A stretch of 64,000 bases of DNA from Amoebidium appalachense. Lineage: Eukaryota > Protista > Ichthyosporea. The notes under the pieces are model-generated. The model saw only the letters and a program-made list of their open reading frames with translations. It did no database searches and was not told where the DNA came from. The stretch spans positions 13,548,914 through 13,612,913 of the forward strand of contig CAVNZM010000003.1 in the NCBI GenBank assembly GCA_963693365.1. Direction: 5' to 3'. This document shows positions 1-11,935 of this stretch, piece after piece; position 1 is the first letter of the stretch, and each line of letters starts with the position of its first letter. The translations under genes were made by a program, and so were the position numbers.

Positions 1-421
1 GCAGACTTACGCTCACTCCACAATATGTGTATGTTAGCTTTACAATTGGTTCCGTGTACACAGACACACGCTGACACTCGATCACCACATGCACATCTGC
101 ATAGTTGAGGAATGTTGCCAATTGTGTTTTGACTGCAAACGATTGGTTCACTGGTCCCAGAGATCTCTAAATGAAAGTAACCAATCCGATTAGCGCCTGG
201 CATCCGGATTACATTCCAGACTGCTGCCCCACGGGTATATAAGCCACGTCTCTGCCAGGTGCAGACATGGAGTTAAGTCATGGAGTTCAGTGATGGAGTA
301 AAGACATGGAGTTCAGTCATGGAGTTCAGTCATGGAGTTAACACACTGAAAGCAGTAAAAAACGGGTCAGCGCCCAAGCGCGCCACGACGACCCTAGTCA
401 CAGCGGACTCTACTTCCAACA
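1..421 (+). repeat. TRIM 5' LTR (partial)
   Basis: Matches 739-1146; ends TCCAACA immediately before the PBS. Confidence 0.85.
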
Positions 422-422
422 G

Positions 423-436
423 GGTTATGGGCCCAG
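423..436 (+). promoter_or_regulatory. Primer-binding site, copia/Ty5 type (internal half of tRNAiMet)
   Basis: GGTTATGGGCCCAG one base after the LTR end; complementary to the tRNAiMet anticodon stem-loop. Confidence 0.8.
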
Positions 437-729
437 ACACGACACCGCGGCCTCTAACTTCACGTCCCCTACGACGCCTTGAACGGAGGAGCCAGAAACC
501 GACTTCTAGGCTGTACCCTACACCCGCGAGCGTATTTCCGTGAAGTAGAGACTTTCGCTTCCACAAACTCCATCCGCAGCAGCCTGCGACATCAATGTGA
601 ACGTCAAGTATTCCACTTCATTGGCGGGGCACGCACCACAGTGGAATGCACACCCCGGTCTACCCTGCAAGCAGCCACACTCACTCTCTCTTCTCTAGTG
701 GTGTGTACACTTCTCCAATTGGGTAGGGG

Positions 730-1146
730 TGTTGGAGTGCAGACTTACGCTCACTCCACAATATGTGTATGTTAGCTTTACAATTGGTTCCGTGTACACA
801 GACACACGCTGACACTCGATCACCACATGCACATCTGCATAGTTGAGGAATGTTGCCAATTGTGTTTTGACTGCAAACGATTGGTTCACTGGTCCCAGAG
901 ATCTCTAAATGAAAGTAACCAATCCGATTAGCGCCTGGCATCCGGATTACATTCCAGACTGCTGCCCCACGGGTATATAAGCCACGGCTCTGCCAGGTGC
1001 AGAAATGGAGTTCAGTCATGGAGTTCAGTCATGGAGTTCAGTCATGGAGTTCAGTCATGGAGTTAACACACTGAAAGCAGTAAAAAACGGGTCAGCGCCC
1101 AAGCGCGCCACGACGACCCTAGTCACAGCGGACTCTACTTCCAACA
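730..1146 (+). repeat. TRIM 3' LTR
   Basis: Follows the PPT; 7-bp inverted termini; TATA (GGTATATAAG) followed by 13-bp tandem units ATGGAGTTCAGTC. Confidence 0.85.
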
Positions 1147-1853
1147 GTTCCTACGGGGGGTAGGCCGATGGCAGCTTTCTCACAACATCCGACCCCGCTC
1201 ATCCACCAGGGAACCCCTCCTCCCCTCCCACCTCCGCCTACTCCATGGCCAGTGCCCCACCAAGGCCTCCTCGGCCAATCTCCGGCTATGGACGGCCCTC
1301 ATCGTCGGTTTCTGTGGTCTCCTCCGTTCAGGGGAATTTACCTCCAAGACCCTGACTTCTTTCGACCCGTCCCGTCACGTTAAACAGAAGGACGTGACCT
1401 TCAGCTACACCCCCACCGGTACTTTGTCTCATGCCACCCTCCACCTGCCAACCTCTAAGACGGATGTACAGGCCCGAGGTGTCAACGTCACCCTAGCTGC
1501 CCTGCCCCTCACCCACTTCTCCCCAGCCCATCTCCTCCGGCAGTTCCTGGATACAACGTCCGGTCAACCCGACGACCCCCTCTTCAGTCTCGGTGGCATC
1601 CCCTACACCAAGAGTGCTTTCTCTGCCGATTTCCGTGCCCTCCTCTCCCGGGCAGGCCTCTCACCCTCCCGGTTTGCCGGACACAGCCTCCGCATCGGGG
1701 GGGGCCACAGCACTGGCTGAGGCCGGGGTCGACGACTCCCGGATCAAACAACTCGGCCGGTGGTCCTCCGACTGCTTCCTGATCTATACCCGACTTCGTC
1801 CGGCCTCCATTGCTGCCACCACCACACGTGTATTCGCCTCTATTCTTAAGTGA
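1147..1853 (+). pseudogene. Tyrosine recombinase, C-terminal part, interrupted
   Basis: SKTD, GHSLRIGG, LGRWSS..IY motifs; frameshift in the G run near 1700; 5' part displaced by the TRIM. Confidence 0.88.
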
Positions 1854-2540
1854 AACCTTTGGAGCAAGCATACTGCTCTCGTGCCGTGGTTTACAACCAT
1901 TGCAGGTTCACTTTCGTCCAAGGGGATGTCCCCCTAGAGGCAACACACGTCCCGAAGTAGTTTTTCATAGAGGTTTTATTTGTGGAAATTATTGACATAA
2001 ATATTTTTCTGGGTAAACACGTAGGATGGGTGTTCGATACCAACATAACCATGTAGGCTTCATTTCGTGTTTTAGCAGTTAGCGGTTGGCTGCCCGCACA
2101 CGGGCACTTATTAGCCAGTCAAAACATCAGATACCACAGATCACTAGACCGAGTTATGATTGGCTCGGATCAGATTTCACATATCACTAGATCGATTTTT
2201 GATTGGCTCAGATCGGTAGGCTTAGGTATATAAGCACGACAGTTTTTAGCAGATCAGCAAGCTACAAACACATCTTCTGTGTTTAGCATCCACAGCCTTA
2301 CAGCTATATATTCCTTTTCACCCACCCACCTACACCCACACACAACCCCCATTGATCCACACATACGTGCTGTTTTTTCACGGGGCGAAGACTTCCCCCG
2401 TTTTTTGGGCACATGGACCTCACGGATCAATAAATTGATGACTGGGGGCTTGCCGTGGTTTACAACCATTGCAGGTTCACTTTCGTCCAAGGGGATGTCC
2501 CCCTAGAGGCAACACACGTCCCGAAGTAGTTTTTCATAGA
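1147..2540 (+). mobile_element. Ngaro YR retrotransposon copy 1, 3' part (interrupted by the TRIM)
   Basis: YR C-terminal coding sequence, then B1 (1882-1971), A2 (1972-~2319), spacer and B2 (2451-2540); nearly identical to 41597-42987. Confidence 0.92.
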
Positions 2541-2926
2541 TACTCGCAATACATTGGCAATGGATAATTGATATTACTTCAGTATTAATCTGGTATTTTT
2601 ACGATATTGGCAATAGATAATAGCCTCACAATATTGGCAATACCGCCGGGAAGTTTGCTGATGTGGCTACCAGAGTTGTAAGCTACCTGCTGGCCACCAT
2701 CGACCTGGGTATTGTCTACCGTCCCGGCCCCCCCACCCTTGTTGGCTACTCCGACTCCGACTACGCCGAGGACCGCGACACCCGGCGCTCCACCACGGGC
2801 TATGTCTTCTTCATCAACTCCTCCCCTGTGTCCTGGGTGTCTCGGCTCCAGTCCATCACCACCCACAGCTCCACTGAGGCTGAATTTGTGGCCATGTCTG
2901 CTGCTACGAACGAGGCCCTATGGCTC

Positions 2927-3171
2927 AACTATGGGAGAAAATGTAAAGTTTACATTTTGGGTCGGCTCGTATGGTCCTCCCAGCGGACTATGAGAGTCCG
3001 CCTGGACTCTGAGAGTCCTGTCTTTTTTAACCTTCTACACGCACGTGCAGCCCCCGTTCGGGAAATTTCATGAAAAATCTTGCTTTATCAATATTCTTAT
3101 GCCGGTAAAACACCCCTGTTGTGACGTCACAACCAAAAATGTAAACTTTACAATTTCTCCCATTGTCTGTT
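2927..3171. mobile_element. MITE (~250 bp) inserted in the Copia RNase H
   Basis: TIR ATGGGAGAAA(A/T)TGTAAAGTTTACATTTT, left tip eroded; inverted second copy at 31586-31840; RNase H resumes after it (EALWL|QMDDLGI). Confidence 0.85.
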
Positions 3172-3636
3172 TTAATCAGATGGACGACCTGGGCATTAAT
3201 CCTATCGATGAGCCCACCCCGGTGCCCATCCATGGGGACAATGAGTCTGCCCGGGCCCTGCTGGACACCCTGGGGGTTAAGCCCAAGACCAAGCACATCG
3301 ACGTCCGCTACTGCTCCGTCAACGAACATCACCTGCTGGGCAACATCACTGTGGTCCCGGTGGCTTCTGCTGACAACAAGGCCGACATGTTCACCAAGGC
3401 CCTGTCTGCCTCTTTCTTCACCAAGGCCGTGGGGATGCTCAACATGTGCTGAGCACCCGTCATCAACCAACTGCGCCCTCATACTTCAGGGGGGGAGAGA
3501 GTTGCATCCGACTGTGCAACTACGTGTACCATACTAAAATTGAGTAGGGGAATCTTTATTGTCTGTATTTTGTGCACCTGAAGCACTCGAGCTCAGTTGC
3601 ATTAATTCATACCACAATTATCCAATTGAGTAGGGG

Positions 3637-4401
3637 TGTTGGAGTACACTGGTACTCCCGGCTAGCAATGTCTGTTAGAGAAAGTTTCTGAGCAATTGAA
3701 TAATTGTTTCAACACTCACTCGAGTGCATAGAGCTTTTGTTTACGGTCATATTCATATATGGTAGTTATATGTTTGAGCCAAAACTGTACCAGTGACGAG
3801 CTTCACTAGCAACGTGCTAATTGTGCTCATTAATTAATATTCCCGGTTCAGATGATGTCATGTCTATATTTGCCACAGGATTCTATTCTTAGAGTGGTAG
3901 TGTGCTTTATTCCCGGATATTCTCAGAATATTTTTAGTTGTGTGAAGTAATATTTACGTTTAACTGCAATTGGTGTGTTAAACACGTTTATTTGTGTGCT
4001 TTAGTGCAAGTTAACTAGCCACTCAACGTGCACGGTTAACTTTTATATCTTTAACGACTTGTTTTCATTGTGCTCTCTTTTCGGCCATGCTGTACATGGC
4101 CCACCACCAGGGTGCACACGAGGCCACCATGAGGTGGCCAACGACTATATAAAGCAGTGCCTCCCATGTCACAAACATGGGAAGCAGAACGTTTGATTTA
4201 CACTTTTCTACTGTCGTTTTCAGTGCACAAAACACATAGACTAGTTACCCATCATACACGACACTATGTCTGACAACTTACAGTTGCAGCAACTAGTCCA
4301 ACTACTGGAGCAGAGGTTGGCCTCACAAGATGCAATCATTTCTGACTTACAGAAGGAACAACGTGCACTAGAACTAGCTTCTATGAACACAATGTCCAAC
4401 A
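3637..4401 (+). repeat. Probable Copia 3' LTR
   Basis: Starts right after the PPT; inverted 7-bp termini; TATA-like CTATATAAAG near 4145. Right end is inferred because no second copy is present. Confidence 0.55.
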
Positions 4402-5681
4402 CCCCCCCCCCTCCCCACCTCTTCCCGTCCGTCCCTTTCCCTCCCATCCCCTACTAACACAACACACACGGGCACACACCATTCTCTACCGCCCGGCTAC
4501 CAAGCTGCCCTTCAACTTTAAGGCATCACAGCCACCCACTGACACAGGCACGGTGCACACAGGTGTAGAGGGGCGTGTTTTTGGTGTGTGTGTGTGTGTG
4601 TGTGTGTACGTGTGAGTGATAGTGTGTGTAGTAAAGTAAGAAAAAATTAGCATGTATTTCTATGGATAACGTATGGTATTAAGACGTGCATGAATGTTTA
4701 GGCAAGGCTTGGGTACACATTATTATCGTTTCATTATAAAGCCATGAATGCATGCAAAGGAGAGGCATGTCCAAAGTGCAAAACTCACTGGCCTGAAAAT
4801 GCCTGTATGGGCTCGAATACATGCATACTCAAACACAAACACCATAAAAAGACTCCTTCCCGATGCAAGAATGAAAGCCATGTGTGTTGAAAAAAAAAAG
4901 GAAAGGAGTCAATGAAGAGAAAAGATGAACAGCAGTCCTAAACGAAGATCAAACACTGGCCTTGCAGGCGTGCCAGTACAGCGCGAGGGCAGGAAGAGGG
5001 TGGAGAGGCGAAGAGGGAGGGAAGGAGGCTGCGGACTTCAGAGTAGGGGCGGGAGGGGGCCGGGGGGGGGGGGGGGGGGGGGGGGGGTAAAACTAACCTG
5101 CCTGTTGTGGCAAGGAGTGCACACGTCCAGAATGTTTCGCCGCCATTTTTATTTAAAAAAAAACATTGAAGGTAGCACGGTTCGAATTGAACGCAGAAGT
5201 AGAGTGATTAAAAAAGGGTGTAAAAAAAAACACACCACGTCTTAGGAGGTTGCAAGCTACTTTTGGGTTTTTGGAACGTTTGTTTGAAATAATGCCTTTT
5301 TATTTTTGCATTCAATTAAAAATACATGGTCATACACATCTTACAAGTATGATTTGTTTTTGTCAAGTTTCATACTTTAGAATGATTACTGAATGAGTAA
5401 AAAAATATAAACTACGTTTAACCTCTTTTTGGCTTATCTCAAGAAGCTTGCTCAGATTACCCTTGACCTTATTAAGGTTTGTGCCGTTCCCTTTTCCAAG
5501 AAAAGGCTTGGTCTCGCGAATTTTCCCAAATAAGTATTTTCAAATTTTACTGGATCGACCCATTGCACACAATTTTCAGGTTATTCGTCGCCACAGCGGG
5601 CCTCGAGAACGCACGAAGTGATCCATGGCTTGAATTTAAAATCTCAACAGAAATCTTGTTAACCCATTCATTCTCATCCTC

Positions 5682-6432
5682 ATGAATAAAGACCGGCTGC
5701 AGCCGATCTCCTCAAGCTGGCTCCCTGGCCTCGGCTTCTGGGCACCACCAGTGAACCCAAATGATTCTCTCATGGGGGAGAGCAATTGCGTTCTCCATAT
5801 GAATAACCTTTGCAAACACAAAATTCCCCAATGTACTTCTCAACTGTCTCACTGTCTTTTGTGTCCCAACAATGTACCAACACAAAATCCCCTTCAGAAG
5901 GGGTGCTTGGATTAGTAAACTTTACATATCTACGTCGCTCTCTTCTCCCATCTGCACCAATCCACGGTATATCTTCGTCAAGCCCGTCTGCAATGTTTGG
6001 ATCCTTCTTCGGAGTCGAAGTGGCCGATTTGGAGTTCCAATGCACGTTGGGGATCTCGGACTTGGCCTGGTCCATTGAGTCGATGATAACGCTGATGTAC
6101 TTGTGCGGCTCCCGGATAGCAGCAGTTCGGTGCTGATAATAGCTCTCCCTCTCCCCCCTGCAAAGGAAAGGCATGTTAGGAAGACTTCTAGTGACAACTA
6201 GAACAACAACTGTAAACTTCTGACCCTTCTAGTTGCAACTAGAAATCCGGGGCTCGGTGCGACTGTAATCTTCTGACCGGATTTCTAGTCTCAACTAGAA
6301 ATCCGTGACGTCCTATGACGTCACATAATTGTTTCCTGTTACATGATATTTAGCCAATTAATTGCATGATACTGCACTAATGCTTGTTGCTTGGCCTTAG
6401 ATAATTTACTCATCCAATCGAGGAGTGGGTAC
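5682..6432 (-). pseudogene. Decayed transposase, last exons (Sola1-related 'IIDxMDQ' type), catalytic core apparently deleted
   Basis: ERESYYQHR..EPHKYISVIIDSMDQAKSEIP motif after the acceptor TTTGCAG near 6159; phase-compatible upstream exon ~6343-6432. Later catalytic motifs are not seen. Family assignment is from recall. Confidence 0.6.
6187..6324. repeat. Three palindromes TTCTAGT-N4-ACTAGAA plus two TGACGTC motifs
   Basis: Seen directly; mirrored at 23634-23796. Confidence 0.75.
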
Positions 6433-6589
6433 TGGGGGGGGGGGGGGGGGGGGGGGGAGGGGGGGAGGGGGGGGGGAGGGGGGGGGGGGGGGGGGGGGGG
6501 TGTAAGTGACACAGTGGTAAGCCTGATGTGATTGCATTTGTGGTGACTCAGGAGAGGAGGGGGAAGACGAAAAGGGAGAGAGAGAGAGA

Positions 6590-6620
<31 letters not shown>

Positions 6621-6795
6621 CATAAATGCTGAGATGTACGTGGAATGTGAAATAAATCATAGTCCATACCCGAAGTGTAGAGGGCACTTCAATTGCACAC
6701 AAGGGAGGCATGATGGCAGCAGAAGTACACATCAGCTACTACTCCGTTGCAGTCTGTGTCTGAAAGGAGGTACTTGTAAGTGAACTGCCCATTGA

Positions 6796-6899
<104 letters not shown>

Positions 6900-7342
6900 G
6901 AGGCGGAGGGGGGAGGGGGGGGGGGGATAGCGGCTCAGTAATATAGTAAAATAGGGCCAGAATGCAACCCTACCGAGTTACAAGGGATGCAAGATGGGGA
7001 GCCGATGGAAAAACGAAGTGGGCACGGCAGGAAATACCTACACCAGATGTGGAAAGGGAGGAAAGTAGGAGAGGAAAGTGAAGAAAACGAAATGGGGAAA
7101 GTGGGGATGGGAGGCAGGAGGGAAGGCTTCAGAAGAGAGAAGGTGTTGTAAATCAAGGAAGGACGGAGGAATGGTTTGTTTGTGTGTGTGTGTGTCTGTG
7201 GGGGGGGGGGGGGGGGGGGGGGGGAGGGGGGGGGATGCATTAGAAGCTTTGACCCAAAAAAATACTCGAAGTTTAATCCCCACCTTGTAGTCAATAAAGA
7301 CTCCCATAAGGGGGAGGGGAAAGGCAACCGGGTTGGCCATTC

Positions 7343-7630
7343 AGCTTCTGCAGAGAGAGTACGGGGTCAGAAATGACATACATAGCTAGTTACGGTGGTG
7401 CAGAAATGAATTATCGAACCAGTGGGTCTGAAGATAGAGGGTGTGTATGTATGTGCGTTGGGGGGGGGGGGGGGGGGGGGGGGTATATGGGGATGGGTCG
7501 GTGGGTGTGCGCATGCGTGTGTGAGTGTGTGTGTGCGTGCGTGTGCACGAGCGTGCATGCGCATGTGACTGTGTGCACGCATGTGCATGTGCATGTGCAC
7601 GGTGTGTGTGTTGGGGGGGGGGGGGGGGGG

Positions 7631-7691
<61 letters not shown>

Positions 7692-8560
7692 CCCGTGTGG
7701 GTGTGTTGTGTGACAGAGAGAAAGAGAAAATCATGGATGGAAGGAGGCAAGGGAGGAGCACGAGGGGAGGGGGGGGGGGGGGGGGGGACGGGAGAATGAA
7801 CAGGCTGAGAAAGCAGGAGATGTGATACGGATTTGAGAACTCCTACCGTCATCTTACCATACCCCCAAACCGGATGACGAGGAGATGGTTAACCTGGCTG
7901 CCAGCATGTCGGAGAGACCCATGGCTGCAAGACCGAAAGAAATGTGTGAGAGTGTGCTGGATCGGTGGTGGGGAACGTGGGAAGAATAAAAACATGCAAG
8001 GGAAAGGGGGGGGGGGGGGGGGGTTTGAGACAAGAGCAGATGGCAGGGTTAAACGCAAAACAAAGAAACGGGCAAAGGAAGGTGTGTATGTGGTGTTTAT
8101 GGCCTGTGAAGTATGTGTTTGCATATGTGCAAACCGGGAGGAAGTTTGAGACAAGCAAGGGACAAAGGTAGCAGTGACAATCGGAATGGCGGTGGGTGGG
8201 TGGGTGGGTGGGTGGGTGGGTGGGTTGGGGGGGGTTGGGGGGGGGGGGGGGGGGGGGGGGGGGGCAAAGGGAAGACCAGGGAACTGAGAGGCAAGACAGA
8301 AACAGACATTGGGGGAGGGAGGTAGGAGAGGGAGACGGGAAGGTGTGGAAATGGAAAGCAAGAGAACAAGAGCTCTCGTGAGAGAAAAGAAATGTCAAGG
8401 CCATTGCCTTTACCCACCTGGATGGTGTTCTGGCAAGCCACAGGGGCAAAGGCAGGAGGAGGTAAGCAACCATCTTGCCAAGTTCGCTTCTGCAGAGAGA
8501 GTACGGGGTCAGAAGTAACACATATAGCTCGTTACGGTGGTGCAGAGTGTATGATCGAAC
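7343..8560. repeat. Diverged ~75-bp direct repeat (7343-7420 and 8485-8560)
   Basis: GCTTCTGCAGAGAGAGTACGGGGTCAGAA...GTTACGGTGGTGCAGA present twice. Confidence 0.7.
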
Positions 8561-10163
8561 GAATAGGTTGGCAGGCAGGCGCCGGGGGAGGGGAGGGGGG
8601 TGGGGAGATGGACAGAGGGAGCCTCTTAGAGTTGCAGGGCACAGAAAGAGGGGGTGGTTCCGGGTGTGGGAGACGGATAGGAGAAAGATGGGAGACAGGT
8701 TTTCTTCTTTTTCTTTGGTGTTTTTCTTTTATTCTTTTTGTGTGTGGGTGGGGGGGGCAGGGGCAGGGGGAGGGGGGGGGGGGAAGGGGGGGGGGGGGGG
8801 GGGGGGGGGGGAGATGGGGAATATTGGGTGAAGTACGAATGGATAAACATTCGATGCGAAAGAAAGGGGGGGAGGGAAATAGATTTGAGAGGTTGAGAGG
8901 CGTATAGGCAGGTATATAGATTTATCGGATCGGAAGGAGCAGGGCAGACAAAGAAAGAAGGCCGGGGGGGGAAGGATGGGGAAGAGAGGGATGAGGGTCA
9001 GAATGGCCGTGTGCAGAACAGGGTGGGAGACATGCATCCTTGACAACGGGAACGAAAACAGGGAGAGTAGGCTGTCCAGAAATCAAGGCAAGGAGGAACC
9101 AAAGAAGCTGAGGGATTTAGTGCATCGACACTAAGACATGTGCAAGAAAGCAACAAAAGCATACAGACCATGCGCTTGTTGTGCAAACCATGCAGCACAC
9201 TTAACACCAGACTATGCTGTCAGTAACACTGTGAGTCGTCTGTCACAAGGAGGTCGACTAACATCAGCGTCCCTACCCAAGATGGGCAACGAGTGGTGGG
9301 GTAGCCTTGTCAACCCAAGAAGTTGACTAACTTGAACGCTTGTCCATCTGGCAGTGCGAACAGTTCCCAGTGAACAGGCTGTGAACTCGCAGTGAATGCC
9401 GTACCTGCCAGACGCGTCAGCGGTATATGTATACGTAGGATAACCGAACAAAAGCACCCTAGATCACTTTGGGGCTTCAAAAATAAACTTCTATGAAAAC
9501 TACTCCGGGACGTGTGTTGCCTCTAGGGGGACATCCCCTTGGACGAAAGTGAACCTGCAATGGTTGTAAACCACGGCAAGCCCCCAGTCATCAATTTATT
9601 GATCCGTGAGGTCCTTGTGCCCAAAAAACGGGGGAAGTCTTCGCCCCGTGAAAAAACAGCACGTATGTGGGGATCAATGGGGGTTGAGTGTAGGGTGTAG
9701 GTGGGTGGGTGAAAAAGAAAATATAGCTGTAAAGCTGTAGGTGCTAAACACAGAGGATGTGTTGTTGCTTGCTGATCTGCTAAAGACTGTCGTGCTTATA
9801 TACCTAAGGCTGCCGAACTGAGCCAATCAAAACCGATCTAGTGTTATGTGAAATCTTATCCTGAGCCAATCAAACTCGGTCTAGTGATCTGTGGAATCTG
9901 ATGTTTTGATCGGCTAATAGGTGCCCGTATGCGGGCAGCCGAACGCGAACTGCTAAAACATGAAACGAAGCCTGTTGATATCGGACACCCATCCTACGTG
10001 TTTACCCAGAAAAATATTTATGTCAATAATTTCCACAAATAAAACCTCTATGAAAACTACTCCGGGACGTGTGTTGCCTCTAGGGGGACATCCCCTTGGA
10101 CGAAAGTGAACCTGCAATGGTTGTAAACCACGGCACGAGAGCAGTATGCTTGCTCCAAAGGTT

Positions 10164-11195
10164 TCACTTAAGAATAGAGGCGAATACACGTGTGGTAGTG
10201 GCAGCAATGGAGGCCGGACGAAGTCGGGTATAGAGCAGGAAACAGTCGGAGGACCACCTGCCGAGTTGTTTGATCCGGGAGTCGTCGACCCCGGCCTCAG
10301 CCAGTTCTGTGGCCCCCCCGATGCGGAGGCTGTGTCCGGCAAACCGGGACGGTGAGAGGCCTGCCCGGGAGAGGAGGGCACGGAAGTCGGCAGAGAAAGC
10401 ACTCTTGGTGTAGGGGATGCCACCGAGACTGAAGAGGGGGTCGTTGGGTTGACCGGACGTTGTATCCAGGAACTGCCGGAGGAGATGGGCTGGGGAGAAG
10501 TGGGTGAGGGGCAGGGCAGCTAGAGTGACGTTGACACCTCGGGCCTGTACATCCGTCTTAGAGGTTGGCAGGTGGAGGGTGGCATGGGACAAAGTACCGG
10601 TGGGGGTGTAGGTGAAGGTCACGTCTTTCCGTTTAACGTGACGGGACGGGTCAAAGGAAGTCAGGGTTTTGGAGGTAAATTCCCCCGAACGGAGGAGACC
10701 ACAGAAACCGACGATGAGGGCCGTCCATAGCCGGAGATTGGCCGAGGAGGCCTTGGTGGGGCACTGGCCATGGAGTAGGCTAAGGTGGGAGGGCAGGAGG
10801 GGCTCCCTGGTGGATGATCGGGGTCGGATGTTGTGAGAAAGCTGCCATCTGCCCACCCCTCGGAAGAACCAGGCCAGAGACTTGTCGTGGGGGTAGGGAG
10901 CAGGGAGGCCCATGTCGAGGTGGAGTCTGGTGATGGCTGAATTGTAGCCGGCCAAGGAAGAGGCCTGTACCCCTCGTTGGGCACACCAGGCGAGAAAAAG
11001 CTGCACGGTGTGGGGGGAGGCCGGGAGGGAGGACCCGGCGGAGGATTGCAGCCGAGATGCCACACAAAAATCGATGAACACTTTTTGTACCCTGGAGTAA
11101 AAGGCCCGAGAGTCGAGGTTGAGACTCAGGGCCTGGCATTCCTGCAGGGTAGTGGTGGCACGAAGCAGCTCGGCCGGAGCAAAGTGGGGGGCCAA
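10164..11195 (-). CDS. Tyrosine recombinase (Ngaro ORF3), open frame
   Basis: LLRSGE, SKTD, GHSLRIGGA, GRWSS and LY give the catalytic R-K-HxxR-W-Y set; start codon uncertain. Confidence 0.92.
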   Translation of the reverse strand: MAPHFAPAELLRATTTLQECQALSLNLDSRAFYSRVQKVFIDFCVASRLQSSAGSSLPASPHTVQLFLAWCAQRGVQASSLAGYNSAITRLHLDMGLPAPYPHDKSLAWFFRGVGRWQLSHNIRPRSSTREPLLPSHLSLLHGQCPTKASSANLRLWTALIVGFCGLLRSGEFTSKTLTSFDPSRHVKRKDVTFTYTPTGTLSHATLHLPTSKTDVQARGVNVTLAALPLTHFSPAHLLRQFLDTTSGQPNDPLFSLGGIPYTKSAFSADFRALLSRAGLSPSRFAGHSLRIGGATELAEAGVDDSRIKQLGRWSSDCFLLYTRLRPASIAATTTRVFASILK

Positions 11196-11522
11196 TCGGC
11201 CAGCGTTGCTCCGGAAGGGGGAGATCTGGGGGGGGGGGGGGGGGGGGGGGGGGGTGAGCCCAGGGGAAGGGATAGGAACTTGTGGACCCAGAAGGGGAAG
11301 GGGCAGGGCTCCGGTTGCAGGTAAGGTCGGAGTCGTCGGGTCCGGGGAAGTTGGTTACGGAGGAGCTGCGCGGCGAATGATTGGGCTGGGTAGGGGGGCC
11401 AGCAGCTCCCGGAGGCGGGAGGTGTCAACGTGGTGCTGGGGCAGCGGGCGGGCCACCGGGGCTGAGCCTCGGGGGAAGGGGTGGTTAGCAAGGGTGGGGC
11501 ACCCTCGGGGAGATCCCGGCAT

Positions 11523-11560
<38 letters not shown>

Positions 11561-11935
11561 GGCCCCGGGGGGTTAGAGTAGGGCAGCTGGGCCGGAGGGA
11601 GGGTTTGCAGGGAGGGCAGCGGGGGCCTGTGCAGGGGATGCCCGAGCACGCGCGGGTGTGGGCGTACACAGAGTTAGAAGAAGGGAGGGAGCGCTAGGTG
11701 AGTGTAAGGGGGGGAGGCTCGTGGGATGGGGGGGGAGTAAAATTATGTGCAGTGGCCAGAATAACGTCTCTGTGTAGGGACATTTATTCTTGGCGCGCGC
11801 GGGCGCCGTAGTTGGCCTGCGAAAAATGTTACTCAGCCCTAGTGCCCCGTTTTTCCCGAGCTCCGTGTCCTTGGACCCGTGTAACCTAGCTCCTAGCCCC
11901 TATGTTCTATCTGTGGGTGTGGGTGTGCGCGTAGA

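Larger units (their letters stand above)
1..1146 (+). mobile_element. TRIM-like miniature non-coding LTR retroelement (Copia-type signals); left end just outside the window
   Basis: Direct repeats <1-421 and 730-1146 (TGTTGGA...TCCAACA). PBS GGTTATGGGCCCAG at 423-436, PPT GGGTAGGGG at 721-729. Only ~308 bp internal, with no retroviral ORF. Confidence 0.85.
2653..4401 (+). mobile_element. Ty1/Copia 3' remnant: RNase H, PPT and probable 3' LTR
   Basis: GYSDSDYAED..RRSTTGY, SSTEAE, GDNES, KTKHIDVRY, NKADMFTK motifs (2663-3452, split by a MITE). PPT TTGAGTAGGGG, then TGTTGGA at 3637 and TCCAACA at 4395-4401. Confidence 0.8.

Noticed and set aside
265-1070. CRISPR-like appearance of the 13-bp repeats
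   Set aside because: Tandem units without spacers inside an LTR; no cas genes; eukaryotic context.
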